Shown: in pieces, positions 40,577 through 52,863 of the stretch
How the letters are laid out: each line of letters opens with the position of its first letter
How positions within the stretch are numbered: the stretch's first letter is position 1
Assembly (NCBI RefSeq): GCF_006345805.1
Contig: NC_043010.1
Location: forward strand, 22,568,001-22,632,000
Direction of reading: 5' to 3'
DNA from: Octopus sinensis
Taxonomy: Eukaryota
DNA length: 64,000 nucleotides
The notes under the pieces: model-generated
What the model was told of the DNA's origin: nothing
Database searches by the model: none
Seen by the model: the letters and a program-made list of their open reading frames with translations, nothing else
Translations under genes and position numbers: made by a program

Positions 40577-41107
40577 TTTCTAGTATGCATAATTGCGTGC
40601 ATGTCTCAGTGCATATATATCTATAAACTCGGTGTGTATTATATACTTGCAATGCGTACAATTCTGCATATAGATAGATATTCATAATTAAAATTTTAAA
40701 ATTTTAACACGGTACAATAAAACGATCTGTCATATCTCACATCTCATTATCGCCTTCGTTATCATTTTTATGCATGTAATATCACCAATTATAGATACAT
40801 ATACACATGTGTGTGTGAGAGAGAGTGTCTGTGTGATTAAGCGTGTGCATGTGTGTATATACGTATATGTAATAAAAAAACATCAGTATCATCATCATCA
40901 GCGCAATCAATATCATCAACATCACCATCATCATCACCAATTCCAAATCAATTGAATTCTTCACACAGAAGCGATATAATCCTCCCACCGCTTCTGCAAA
41001 TTGATTCCAATCTCATCATTGCGGCAGACTTTCAATCTTTAATGCAACGTGTACTCTCTCACTCTCTCTCTCTCTCCCTCCCTCTCCCTCTCTCTCCCTC
41101 CCTCTCC

Positions 41108-41139
<32 letters not shown>

Positions 41140-41324
41140 GTCATATGACGGCATATATGAATGTATATCACGTTATTGAACAGACTATCGGATGTTGCTG
41201 TACATCGCTGGTCACAGTGCGCTTCGCATTGTTTTAGTTTTTAAATAATTCTACCCCATTGGTTAGGCAAGCAGGTCAACATTCCACCTTGATCGGAAAG
41301 TTAGTCTATTGAGGGGGTTGACCC

Positions 41325-41460
41325 ATTCACAGCTGAGTGGACTGGAGCAACAGTGGAGTGAAGTGTTTTGCTCAAGAATACAATGCACCGATCGGTTCCA
41401 TAACCTCACCCACGATCCGCTGATCGTGAGTGCCACACCCTAACCACTAAGACACTCGCC
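41325..41460 (-). mobile_element. Degraded tRNA-derived SINE
   Basis: Minus TCTTAGTGGTTAGGGTG A-box, CTTGAGCAAAACACTTCACT, CAGTCCACTCAGCTG (shared with about 22846). Confidence 0.6.
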
Positions 41461-41752
41461 TTTGGCATATATATATATGTGTGTGTTTGTGTGTGTGTGT
41501 GTGTCTGAGTGTGTATGTGTGATTATGTGTGCCTGTGTGTGTGTATACAAAGCGAATATACACGAAGTACGATCATTGCTAGAAATAGCAGCCAGTAACT
41601 ATTTCTGGCAATGAACGTACTTCGTGTACATTCGCTTTCTATTGATAATTTTACCTTTTTTGGTGCTTTATTTTTGCTGGGTAGTAATATTATTTTTAGT
41701 AATATTTATATCTCTTGTATGTATGTGTGTATGTGTGTATGTATATACATAC

Positions 41753-41875
<123 letters not shown>

Positions 41876-42481
41876 GATATATATTATATATATATGTATG
41901 TATGCATATATATGTACACACATACGTTTGCCACTGTTTGTGTAATTCACGAACTGGGAGACTGCAGTTCAACAAAGGAATCAATGATTGACAAAGGAAG
42001 CGTATATATTCGTATAACCTTATACACGATATCGACTTATGCGAGCTGTTTCAGTGCTTTTTCATGTCTCCTCAGAGATCATAACATACATACAAACATA
42101 CAAACATACATACAAACAAAAATACTCTGTTGTTGATGTTGAAATTCCAACGAAGGAGCCTTGGATCTAAGTTAGAAACCGGTTCTTTCTCAATTGGCCA
42201 GCAATCTTGAAGTAAACTGAATAATGACATACATATATTTCGAAATCTCCAGCTTCTACATCCAGAATATAAATTCACGTTTACATATACATATACATAT
42301 ATATATATATATATTATATATATATTATATATATATATATAATATATATATATATATATAACAATTTAGGAGTGACCTAACAGGTCATTCGTCCACCAGA
42401 AGAGCAGCCATAACTCACACCGCCAAGTAGTAGTAATTCAGAAATTAGGTGAAAATTTAAAAACATTTACCCTAATTCATC

Positions 42482-42578
42482 TTTTAGACGTTGCAACGTT
42501 TCTGTGTCATTAATGATTAAATTAGCTTAATTAAATAAATTAAGCTAATCTACCATAGGTTACACTTCATCAGTAAAA
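42482..42578 (-). ncRNA. Type I hammerhead ribozyme motif, copy 1
   Basis: UUUUA-CUGAUGA-A-GUGU..ACAC-A-GAAA-CGUUGCAACG-UC/UAAAA; predicted cut between 42487 and 42486. Confidence 0.8.
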
Positions 42579-42950
42579 AACCTGGGAGAGACAAATATAC
42601 ACGAGGCGTCTGTATCGATGCCTACGGATATCTGTCTTAAAATTTTCAAGACTGACGTATTCGCGCCAAACTTATCAGCAGTAAATATAAACTGCCGATT
42701 CAATCTCAGAATTATTCAGAAAATTATCAATTAGTCAATTTAGGGTAGCAAAAAATTCAATAGAAATTTATCGCTACCAGCGGCTGGTGGAAAAGAGAAA
42801 ATAGTCATCGACTAAATATATAAATATAACAATTAGGAGTGACCCTAACAGGTCATTCGTCCACCAGAAAGAGCAGCCATAACTCACACCGCCAAGTAGT
42901 AGTAATTCAGAAATTAGGTGAAAATTTAAAAACATTTACCCTAATTCATC

Positions 42951-43048
42951 TTTTAGACGTTGCAACGTTTCTGTGTCATTAATGATTAAATTAGCTTAAT
43001 TAAATTAAATTAAGCTAATCTACCATAGGTTACACTTCATCAGTAAAA
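42951..43048 (-). ncRNA. Type I hammerhead ribozyme motif, copy 2
   Basis: Same motif as copy 1; predicted cut between 42956 and 42955. Confidence 0.8.
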
Positions 43049-43417
43049 AACCTGGGAGAGACAAATATACACGAGGCGTCTGTATCGATGCCTACGGAAT
43101 ATCTGTCTTAAAATTTTCAAGACTGACGTATTCGCGCCAAACTTATCAGCAGTAAATATAAACTGCCGATTCAATCTCAGAATTATTCAGAAAATTATCA
43201 ATTAGTCAATTAGGGTAGCAAAAAATTCAATAGAAATTTATCGCTACCAGCGGCCTGGTGGAAAAGAAAATAGTCATCGACTAAATATATAAATATAACA
43301 ATTTAGGAGTGACCCTAACAGGTCATTCGTCCACCAGAAAGAGCAGCCATAACTCACACCGCCAAGTAGTAGTAATTCAGAAATTAGGTGAAAATTTAAA
43401 AACATTTACCCTAATTC

Positions 43418-43646
43418 TAAAAGATGAATTAGGGTAAATGTTTTTAAATTTTCACCTAATTTCTGAATTACTACTACTTGGCGGTGTGAGTTATGGCTGC
43501 TCTTTCTGGTGGACGAATGACCTGTTAGGGTCACTCCTAAATTGTTATATTTATATATTTAGTCGATGACTATTTTCTCTTTTCCACCAGGCCGCTGGTA
43601 GCGATAAATTTCTATTGAATTTTTTTGCTACCCTAAATTGACTAAT
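43418..43646 (+). repeat. Inverted partial copy of the 469-bp unit (fold-back)
   Basis: Reverse complement of about 43201-43417 plus TAAAAGAT; begins at the HHR cleavage position. Confidence 0.92.
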
Positions 43647-43656
43647 ATATATATAT

Positions 43657-43698
<42 letters not shown>

Positions 43699-44024
43699 TG
43701 CGCACATCCATATGCACATACATACTCATACACAGTTACTCATACGCATATAAGAAAATACGAAGTTTCAATTACTTGGAAAGAGTTTAGAAAAAGTATT
43801 AAAGGCTGAAAGTAATAAAAGAGAGAAGGAAATGAAAACAAGTAAAGGAAAATCCATTACAGTTAAGTAACACGCATCACACAAGCGCATGTGTGTGCGC
43901 AGGCGCACCAATAACACATACAAATATAATATGCATGTTGATATTAATTACAAATATGCGAGTGAAACGGAAGAAATATATATGTGAAAATCTGGTGGGG
44001 AAAGATATATTCGTAATACAAACT

Positions 44025-44284
44025 AGAGGAAGAAGAAGAAGAAGAAGAAAGAAGAAGAAGAAGAAGAAAAAGAAGGAGAAGGAGAAGGAGGGGAGAAGAA
44101 AAAGGAAGAGGAGGGGAGAAGAAGAAGGAGGAGGAGAGGAGAAGAAGAAGAACAAGGAGGAGGGGGAGAAGAAGGAGGAAGGGAAGAGGAAGAAGAAGGA
44201 GGAGGGGGAGAAGAAAAAGAAGGAGGAGGGGAGAAGAAGACAGTGTGGTGGTGGTGAAGAAGAAGAAGGAGAGGGAAGATGATG

Positions 44285-44355
<71 letters not shown>

Positions 44356-44360
44356 CATTA
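44025..44360. repeat. GAA/GGA and TAA microsatellites
   Basis: Directly visible. Confidence 0.95.
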
Positions 44361-44599
44361 ACCATAAATAGTTTACATTAAGAAAAACATTGAGGACGGC
44401 AGAGGAAAATATTCGAGTGTGTGTATATGCTTATGTGTGAGTTGGTGTGAGGGTTTTGCATGTAAGCAGATTTAAAAGGGGAAAAGAATGAAAGAAGGCA
44501 ATAATGGTTTAAACAATAGGGAGATGTTTGAGGGCTGCTCATGGAAAAACTTTATAAAACCACGAGTGCTTGACTTATAGAGAAAGTACCTTTTCTCAG

Positions 44600-45508
44600 T
44601 ACCTCATCTCTGATTTACAGGCGTATGCTCACAGGGCTTTCCTGTTCACTCGCACCATGATCCCCACTCTCTTCCACCTTTCAACAAAATGGCTGGAAGG
44701 CAATTCTTCCCTCTCCACCCTTATTTTCCTCTTCAAGTTTAACTTAAAGAAATTGATAAAGGACTGGCCAAAGAAGAAAGTGTTTGTCTTTTGCCGCTTC
44801 AATCGCGCTTACCATGGTCACTCGGTACCACTTTCACCATAGTCACTAGTTATAAAAAACTGCCTGCCTTTCCCGGTTAAACAAGAATGAATTCAGTTGA
44901 TCCGCCTCGCTCGTGACAGCAGGTGTTCCACAGAAACCCACAGGTCAGAAATGTTCGGTCACTGAATGAGTGCACGCTAGATGGTTTCGGACATGCTCGG
45001 CTGAGGGCACTTCCGTGCGTGTAGAGTTTATCTGGAACAGATACCGTTCTAGTTATAATGGCAGGTGAGGGATTTCTGAAAGTTATCTATCGGTCCTGGG
45101 TCGGAAGTTCTCCGGAAGAAAGAGATCGGCCATTTGATCATCTTCCCCAAGTATATGTTTGCACTTTTCCGCCACTAATCCTTTATAGAACGCTAAAGTG
45201 TACTTTCTACATGTCGTAATGCCTAAACGGCTGTGAGAGCTAGAAGACATTTCCCTTTTCAAACGCTTTCTCTCAGTTTTCGTCTGATCCAGGACTGCAG
45301 CGCCATCACAGAGACAAGCTGAGAAAAGACACGTCTGGCGAACAGCAACCACATGCATTGACTACCAAGAAAGCGGTGGAGATGTCGTAGCCTCAGCATT
45401 TGTTTGGGCATCACCAACCACGGCGTGCCCTGTCTAACACGATGGAGACGTTGACAGCAGATAGACTGCCTGGCCACAGGAAAGCATCCCTACCACAAGA
45501 CACCTTCA
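44600..45508 (-). pseudogene. Tx1/L1-clade LINE ORF2 C-terminal fragment
   Basis: ARQSICCQR..GTPWLVMPKQMLRLRHL, FYKGLV, LFLPENFRP; homologous to 49440-49900. Confidence 0.75.
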
Positions 45509-45546
45509 CGGTAGTGGAGTGAAAGCACGATATAAAAATAAAACTA

Positions 45547-45550
<4 letters not shown>
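45509..45550 (+). mobile_element. R4/Dong-like LINE extreme 3' end
   Basis: Near-identical to 45923-45964; followed by (TAA)n. Confidence 0.65.
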
Positions 45551-45601
<51 letters not shown>

Positions 45602-45760
45602 TAATAATAATACACCATGTCGCACACATATGGTTGTGATGCATGTGCCTGGTGTACCTTTATCAGACGGGTAGTCATGATGGGTATATTGGGCTTCGTA
45701 TATTTTACCCCAGTGTCACTTTGATGGCATGAACTGCTCTCTCACTCAATAATAATAATA

Positions 45761-45964
45761 CAAATACATAATAAAAACACCAGGACTTACAAACACATAT
45801 AACATACAGAAAATTGCACTACTAGGCACTGCACACATCCTACGCAGAACACTTTCCATACAATAACCATCAGAGCATCAAAACAAATCACAGCACATAC
45901 CCAAGGCACACAAAGCTGCGCTCGATAGTGAAGTGAAAGCACGCTATAAAAATAAAACTACTGA
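45761..45964 (+). mobile_element. R4/Dong-like LINE 3' end
   Basis: KYIIKTPGLTNTYNIQKIALLGTAHILRRTLSIQ* (45762-45866) matches the QKxxLLGTAHILR C-terminus of R4-clade RLE elements; (TAA)n on both sides. Confidence 0.75.
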
Positions 45965-45970
45965 ATAATG

Positions 45971-46005
<35 letters not shown>

Positions 46006-46339
46006 TAATAATAATAATAATAATGACAGTAATAATATTAATAATAACAACAACAACAACAACAACAATAACAACAACAAGAATAATTATAATAAATAGT
46101 TTCAAGTTTGGGCAGAGGACCAGCAACTTTTTTTGTGGGTGGTGGGATGGGGTTGGTCGATTAGACCAACTCCAGTACTCAGTTAAATGATGAAAGGCAA
46201 AGACGACTCCGATTCAGAACGTGAACACGGACGAAATGCCGCTAAGCATTTTGTCCGGCAAGCTATCGATTCTGCGTACATTGATGGTTGGATGGTTCAA
46301 TGATAGTTCTGAGTGATGTAAGAAGAACCGAAATGGTTG

Positions 46340-47178
46340 GAGTTCAAGTGTTTGTAATGGGAATAATTGTGGTGGTGTTGGGGATAGCGGAAATGTCGAT
46401 GGTGATGGTGATGGTGGTGGTGGTGGTGGTGGTGGTGGAGGTGGTGGTGGTGATGATTGTGGGGTTGTTCGTAGCGATTGTAGTGGTGGCGTTAGTGGCA
46501 AGAGGTAATGGTGCTGTATGTGGTGATGGAAGTGGTGGCGGTGCTGATGATGGTGGTGATAGTGATGAGGTGATGGTGGTATTGGTGGTGATGGTGATAG
46601 TGACGATGGTGATGGTGATGGTGGTGATGGTGAGGTGATGGTGGTGCTGGTGACGGTGGTGATGGTGATGGTGGTGATGGTGGTGATGATAATGGTAATG
46701 GTGGTGAGTTGATGTTGGCGATGGTGGTGATGGTGATGGTGATGGTGGTGATGATAATGGTAATGGTGGTGTTGGTGGCGGAGTGGTGGTCGTGGCGGTG
46801 GTAGTTTTACTCGCCTTGCTGTTAGTGGAGATGATCGTGGTGGTGTTGTTGGCGGTGGTTATAGAAGTTCTCATGCTATTGTCGCTATTGTTGTTGTTGT
46901 TATTGGCGGTGGTGGCGGTAGCGGTGGCAGTGGTGGCGGTGGTGGTGGTTGTGGTGGTGGTGGTGGTGGTGGTAGTGGTGATGGAGATTTGAAGAGGTTG
47001 CATTTTGTTGAATGAGCGAGAAGGTTTCTTAGATTGGCAGAATACAGCAAGGGTTAAACGATAGAGACAGCAATTACTACTACTACTACTACTACTACTA
47101 CTGCTACTGCTACTGCTACTGCTGCTGCTGCTGCTGCTGTCGCTGTACGAGTAGTAGTAGCAGCAGCAGAAGCAGCAC

Positions 47179-47224
<46 letters not shown>

Positions 47225-47235
47225 GTTGGTGATGG
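46340..47235. repeat. Degenerate GGT/GAT/CTA/GTA triplet region
   Basis: Directly visible. Confidence 0.9.
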
Positions 47236-47398
47236 TGGTGGTGGTGGTAGTTACTGCGAAGGAATGAAATTGAGAGAATGTTCGTGAATGTCTTCGTGAA
47301 GTGAAAATACACCCACACCCACACCAACATACACACACACTCACATACACACACACACGCACACGTACACACACACGCACGTATACACGCACACACAT

Positions 47399-47481
<83 letters not shown>

Positions 47482-47716
47482 CGTATATATATACATACAT
47501 ACATACATATATATGTATATATGCATATATTCATATATATGTATACATATATGCATATATACATATATATTTATACATATATATTACACATGCCCATATG
47601 TATTTATATATACGGATGTATAATATGTATGTGTGCGCGCGTGCATGCATACGGACGTATAACTTAATACACAGAGAAAAAAAAGCGTCAGAAACAGAAA
47701 GAAATGATAGATAAAT

Positions 47717-47755
<39 letters not shown>

Positions 47756-48597
47756 GAGAAAGGTACAGAGAGACAAAGAGAGTGAGGGGTAAGGGAGAGG
47801 GAGAGGGAGAGTAGGACATAATTTTATTGAAAATAACAGATATGTGTGTTTAATGAAATTTACGTGTTTGGTATGTAAAGAATTCAGACAAGGTTTGGTG
47901 CGTAGTTTATGCGGTGTGGGTGGGAGGTGGGGGTGGATAGAGTGAGCGGCATTGGAGGAAGAGGAGGAGGAGATAAAGGAGATGGGGAGATGGGGAGAAG
48001 GCTGTAGAAGAAGAAGATGAAGGAGGAGGAGGAGGAGGAGAGAAGAAGAAGAAGAAGAAGAAGATGAAGGAGGAGGAGGAGGAGGAGGAGAAGAAGAAGA
48101 AGAAGAAGAAGAAGAAGAAAGACGACGAAAGAGAAGTAGAAGATGAAGAAAATGAAGAAGAAGAAGAAGATGATGATGATGATGATGATGATGATGAAGT
48201 AGACAACGGTGGTGGTTTGTGGTGGTGGTGAAGAAAAAGAAGAAGGAGAAGAAGGTGATTGCAGCGGCGACGATGACGACGACAATGATGATGATGATGA
48301 TAAAACGTGTAAGAAAAAGGACATCGAATAGTATACATGAACACTTTCACAAGTACACACGCATGCACACACATATACGCACAACATACACACACACATA
48401 TATATATATATATCTGTGTGCGTGTGTGTGTGGTGTGTGTGTGCAAGTTTGTATGTTTGTGCGTGTAGGCAAAGGGAAGGAATGAGTAAGTGAATGAGAG
48501 CAATGGTGAGATAGTACGAACGGCGGGGGTGCGAGAGGTAGAACAACGTGAAGAAATGATAAGAAGCCGTATGATACAGCGTGACATATTCCAGATA

Positions 48598-48599
<2 letters not shown>

Positions 48600-48631
<32 letters not shown>

Positions 48632-50540
48632 TTAATAATATATGATTTCATTTATTTGTCACAAGGGCGACGGATGAGGGAGACACTACAGAGACAGACA
48701 TAATCTGTGGGGGGAGGATTACATATAATAATGAAATGATAAAAAAATGTATACACGGTATACACAGGAAAAGAAGGGACATAAGCATAGCATAAAAAGG
48801 TAAACAAAAAGGGGGATGATGGTGATGTAGCCCTCCTGATACAAGAAGGCCCCGAGGGATAATCGAGGAACTCTACTGTCTAAGATTTCCCTGAAACCTC
48901 ATGAGCAAATGTCCTCTCCAATTCCTTCTCTCTGACTCACAGGTCTACACTTAGAGTGGTACCATCCGCTCTTGCCATTTTTGCACCTTTCACCCACCTT
49001 TCAATAAACTCACTCGAAGACAGCACTTCTCTCTCCACTCCCAATTTCCCTTTCAAGTGAAACTCGAAGAAGTCAATGAGACCTCTGCCAAAGAGGAATG
49101 TATCTGTCCTCATGCCTTTCAGCCTTGTCCACCAAACAACCTCTTTCGCCAGGCAAAAGAAAACTGCTTTGCCTGACCGATTGAAGGAGGATGGCGGTGC
49201 AATCATCCCTACAGACTTCGGCCGATAGACGGATCCGTCCCACACGTGACAACAGCTGTTCGACATAACCCCACGAGTTAGCAATGCCCCGACACTGAAC
49301 GAGGGCGTGCGGAACGGTTTTGTCAATCGGCGTTCACCTCGGACAAGTCCGTCTGACAGCACATCCATGCCTGTAGAGCTTGTCTCGAACCGGTAGCGAC
49401 CCCCACCCCCACCCGACGGTAACACTGCCAGGCCAAGGACATCTGGAAATTATCCATGATAGTTACCGACCGGAAAGTTCTCCGGAACAGACTAGCCAAT
49501 TCGTTCTCGTCGGTGCCCAGAGAACGTCGTCGCGCTTCCCCACCACTAATCCTCTATAAATTTCTAAAGCGGAAGATCTACCGATCCCATTGCCCAAATG
49601 GTAGAGAGTTGTGAGCACCTGACTTCATTCTAGGTGTCAGGCGCCCAGTTTCATTCTTTTCTTCACCCAGAACTGCAGCTCCGTTAAGGAGACGAGCTGC
49701 GGGAAGACGAGCCTCACAAAAGGAACCCATACGTGCTCCCCGTCCAGAAGTCGTTGCAGGTAGCGTCATTTAAGCGCGTGTCTGAGGATTACAAGCCACG
49801 GCATACCTAATCCGCCACGCAGAGGATGCTGTCAACAGACTGACCACCTGACCATTGGAACGCGTCCCTTCCACAAACATTTTAATAAGAGAAGTTCCAA
49901 CCTGGTCAAGCAGTAACCAGGAGACAAGGCACGACGGTTAGGCGATAAATGATAACGGAGGCGATGTAACCGTTTGCCACCTCTGCCCGACCTTTCAGTG
50001 ATAGCTGTCATTCCATCCATTTCTGGGTAAGAGTGGCCACCCTGTTCGCCACCTTGTCCCAGTCCTTATCAACCAGGAAGTCGGGACCAAGCTAGACCGT
50101 GAGCACTTTAACTAGTCTGTCAATCCAGCATCCGACGACGCCATCCGATGGCATCGTCCTGCCTTTCCAGGAGCCCAACGGCAAACCAATTGATTTGTCG
50201 GCGTTGATTTTAGCCCCTGCAACCGACTCATATTCCTTTAGGATGGTGGTGACCGTCTCCATTTGGAGGCATCCGACACCATACGGTGACATCGTCCGCG
50301 TATGCTGACATTGCCTTTCCTTGTCCCATTTTGAAAGGGATACCCTTAGCTGTTCCAATTTCCGCAACAGCGGCTCGAGTGCCAATACGTTTACAAGAGG
50401 CGACAGCTAAGGCGTTCTGGAGATTAATCATGATAGTCTCCCACAGGATACTCCTCCAGAACAGATTAGCTGGTTCGTTTTCGTCGACGCTCAGAGTTTC
50501 CTCGTTTGCACTTCCCTGACCGACTGGGGACAACAAGTAC
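48600..50540 (-). mobile_element. 5'-truncated Tx1/L1-clade LINE (RT pseudogene, 3' UTR, (TTA)n tail)
   Basis: LALEPLLRKL, SAYADDVT (RT catalytic), YESVAGAKINADKSIGL, KEVVWWTRLKG..FFEFHLKGKL; minus-strand AATAAA at about 48652-48657. Confidence 0.88.
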
Positions 50541-50714
50541 CAACCTTTTTCCTAACAATTTGAATAATTTGTAATATAAAAAGTGGGTGCGAACGGGTTG
50601 CGAACGTCTCTTTCTTAAAACGGCCTATTCATTGTTATATGTACTGGAATGGGAAGTTTAACGAAAGACATTGACAAAAAGAAATATATATGCTTTTATA
50701 TTTTTCTTTGTTTT

Positions 50715-50910
50715 TACTCTTTTATTTGTTTCAGTTATTTGACTGCGGCCATGCTGGAGCACCGCCTTTAGTGGAGCAAATCGACCCCAAGACTCATTCT
50801 ATGTAAGCCTAGTACTTATTCTATCGGTCTCTTTGCCTAGCCGCTAAGTTACAGGGACGTAAACACACCAGCATCGGTTGACAAGCGATGGTGGGGGGAC
50901 AAACACAGAC
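50715..50910 (-). mobile_element. SINE family A 3' half
   Basis: Collinear with family A. Confidence 0.88.
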
Positions 50911-51396
50911 ACACACACACACACACACACACACTTGTAATCTCAGGACAAATACCGAAGTTACTGGCCTGTCAACGGTGTATATGCATTGAATGTGATA
51001 CGTAGGTGGCTATGTTATGTTGATACTATTTCAGTTTTGTATAGCAGTCTTTTATTCAGCCCAGCGGTTATTTGTAATGCATGTGAATATTTTATACCCT
51101 GTTTCCTATGTCAGATGCTAAGAATTCTCCCCCAGGTATGTAGCCGGTCCTTTGGGGATGTTTCTATGATGTACACCTCAAAGAATAAACCGCAAAGGGA
51201 CTAAATGTATTCTCCCTGTCCCGGGGCATCTTTTCGTCTCGCTCCAGTTTTATTGTGGTTGCAAGTTCAGAGGAAATCCTATCTCACAACAACTACCGTT
51301 GTATCTAGACTATCGATGGTGTTTATACATTGAATATGATACACATATGACTGCTGTTTTACGTTAATGCAGACCCGCCAATTGCATACTCACACA

Positions 51397-51445
<49 letters not shown>

Positions 51446-51466
51446 ACCACCACCCCACATACATAC

Positions 51467-51506
<40 letters not shown>

Positions 51507-52262
51507 AAACATCACATCCATAAGAGATATTATCTTTAGACGATACACAGTAAATTTGCTCTTCGTCGATTTATTTACATTAAGTATGATACATAGCTGA
51601 TTATTTTAGTCTAGTATTCTTTCTGTTGCATGAAACGGATTCCATTCATCCATTCTATGTTTAAACACTAGTTTTATAGGTGAATCTTTCATTATTTTTT
51701 TTTTAAGACGTTCACTTTTTTTGGTTTGCTATAGCACTCTCTGGGAGAACATGCTTCAGAGGCAAGAAACACGTTAAACTCAGTAAAACATTAGGGAAAT
51801 AGGATTAGGGTTAGGGTTATTTTTCTTTCAATAAATTCATTTAAAGCAAAAAAAAAATTCCTCAGACCCTTAAAATATTACTTGGAATCACAATTCATTA
51901 CTTTGTTAGCATGTACCCCTAAAATCTTATATGAACGCCCAGGAATCATATGGTCTCGCGTTGAGGAACATTGGTTTACTCCTTCGCTTGCAGTTCAGCC
52001 CAGATCAGGGCATATCTCAGTGCAGACCACGGGTACTGCTATAGACCACTCGCTAATAGAGTCCCCACTTTTCTATGATTATTCAGTAATTCGATCCCAT
52101 GCTTCTCTACTTTCAAACATTCTTAATTTTACGCTTGTTATTCGAAATAAAGAATTTGTTGAATGTAAGCAGTGCCTACAACATCGGGAAACCAGCGCAT
52201 GCTTATATTCAAAGGCGACTGTGTGTCTTACATGTTGTGGGTTGTTATTTTTGCATCTAAGC

Positions 52263-52489
52263 CAGTAGTTCTTAACTGAAGTCCTTGGGAATCCATATAC
52301 GATTTGTTCCTTAAAATTTAGGAGTAATTAATTGCTTATAATTCTACTGTACACATTTCTTTTCTTTTTTAAATGCAGTCCCTAATAATACTTAATTATA
52401 AAAATAGATTTTTTTTAATCATCGAACAGCTTTGATAGCCCACTCGACTGAAGTAGGAATTAAAGGGCGCCATAGGTTGAGAAACACAG
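52263..52489. mobile_element. hAT (Charlie-like) MITE
   Basis: Ends CAGTAGTTCTTAAC / GGTTGAGAAACACAG. Confidence 0.55.
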
Positions 52490-52759
52490 GTTAGGTGGAA
52501 AATAATAGGTTATAAATCTTTAAAAACAAATAAATTTCAGATGTATCGTAGCTTGCTTAAAGCATTTTGATAAAGAAGTTAAATGCGTAGAGACAGAGAG
52601 CTTCTTACAATGTAGGTAAAGGAATAAATTTAATAACCTCATATATTTCATACACCAAGTCCTAACCTAGTACCTGAATAGATTTAATAAAATCCAGTCT
52701 TCATCAGGTGCCTTGGAGAAATTTCGAACCTGGGTTTTTCGATGTTATTATTATTCAGG

Positions 52760-52833
52760 TCACTGCCTGGAATCGAGATCGGAATTTTGGGGTTCTTAAC
52801 CACTGCGATCTTAACCGCTGCGCCATATGTCCG
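52760..52833 (-). promoter_or_regulatory. tRNA-like Pol III head inside the PLE 3' region
   Basis: A-box TGGCGCAGCGGTTAAG and degenerate B-box GATCTCGATTCC. Confidence 0.55.
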
Positions 52834-52863
52834 TTGGTAAAAACAAGAAGTGAATTTTAGGGC

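Larger units (their letters stand above)
42361..43417 (-). mobile_element. Tandem ~469-bp units (2 full plus a partial) carrying hammerhead ribozymes; retrozyme/Penelope pLTR-like
   Basis: Units start at 42361, 42829 and 43298; differences are almost only short indels in low-complexity runs; embedded in (TA)n. Confidence 0.9.

Noticed and set aside
42361-43417. Possible CRISPR or LTR interpretation of the direct repeats
   Set aside because: Units are contiguous 469-bp repeats with no spacers, no TG..CA ends and no PBS/PPT; the context is eukaryotic.
51790-51822. TTAGGG telomere-like repeats (also about 53568-53620)
   Set aside because: Only a few degenerate units; likely internal to an old DNA element, not a telomere.
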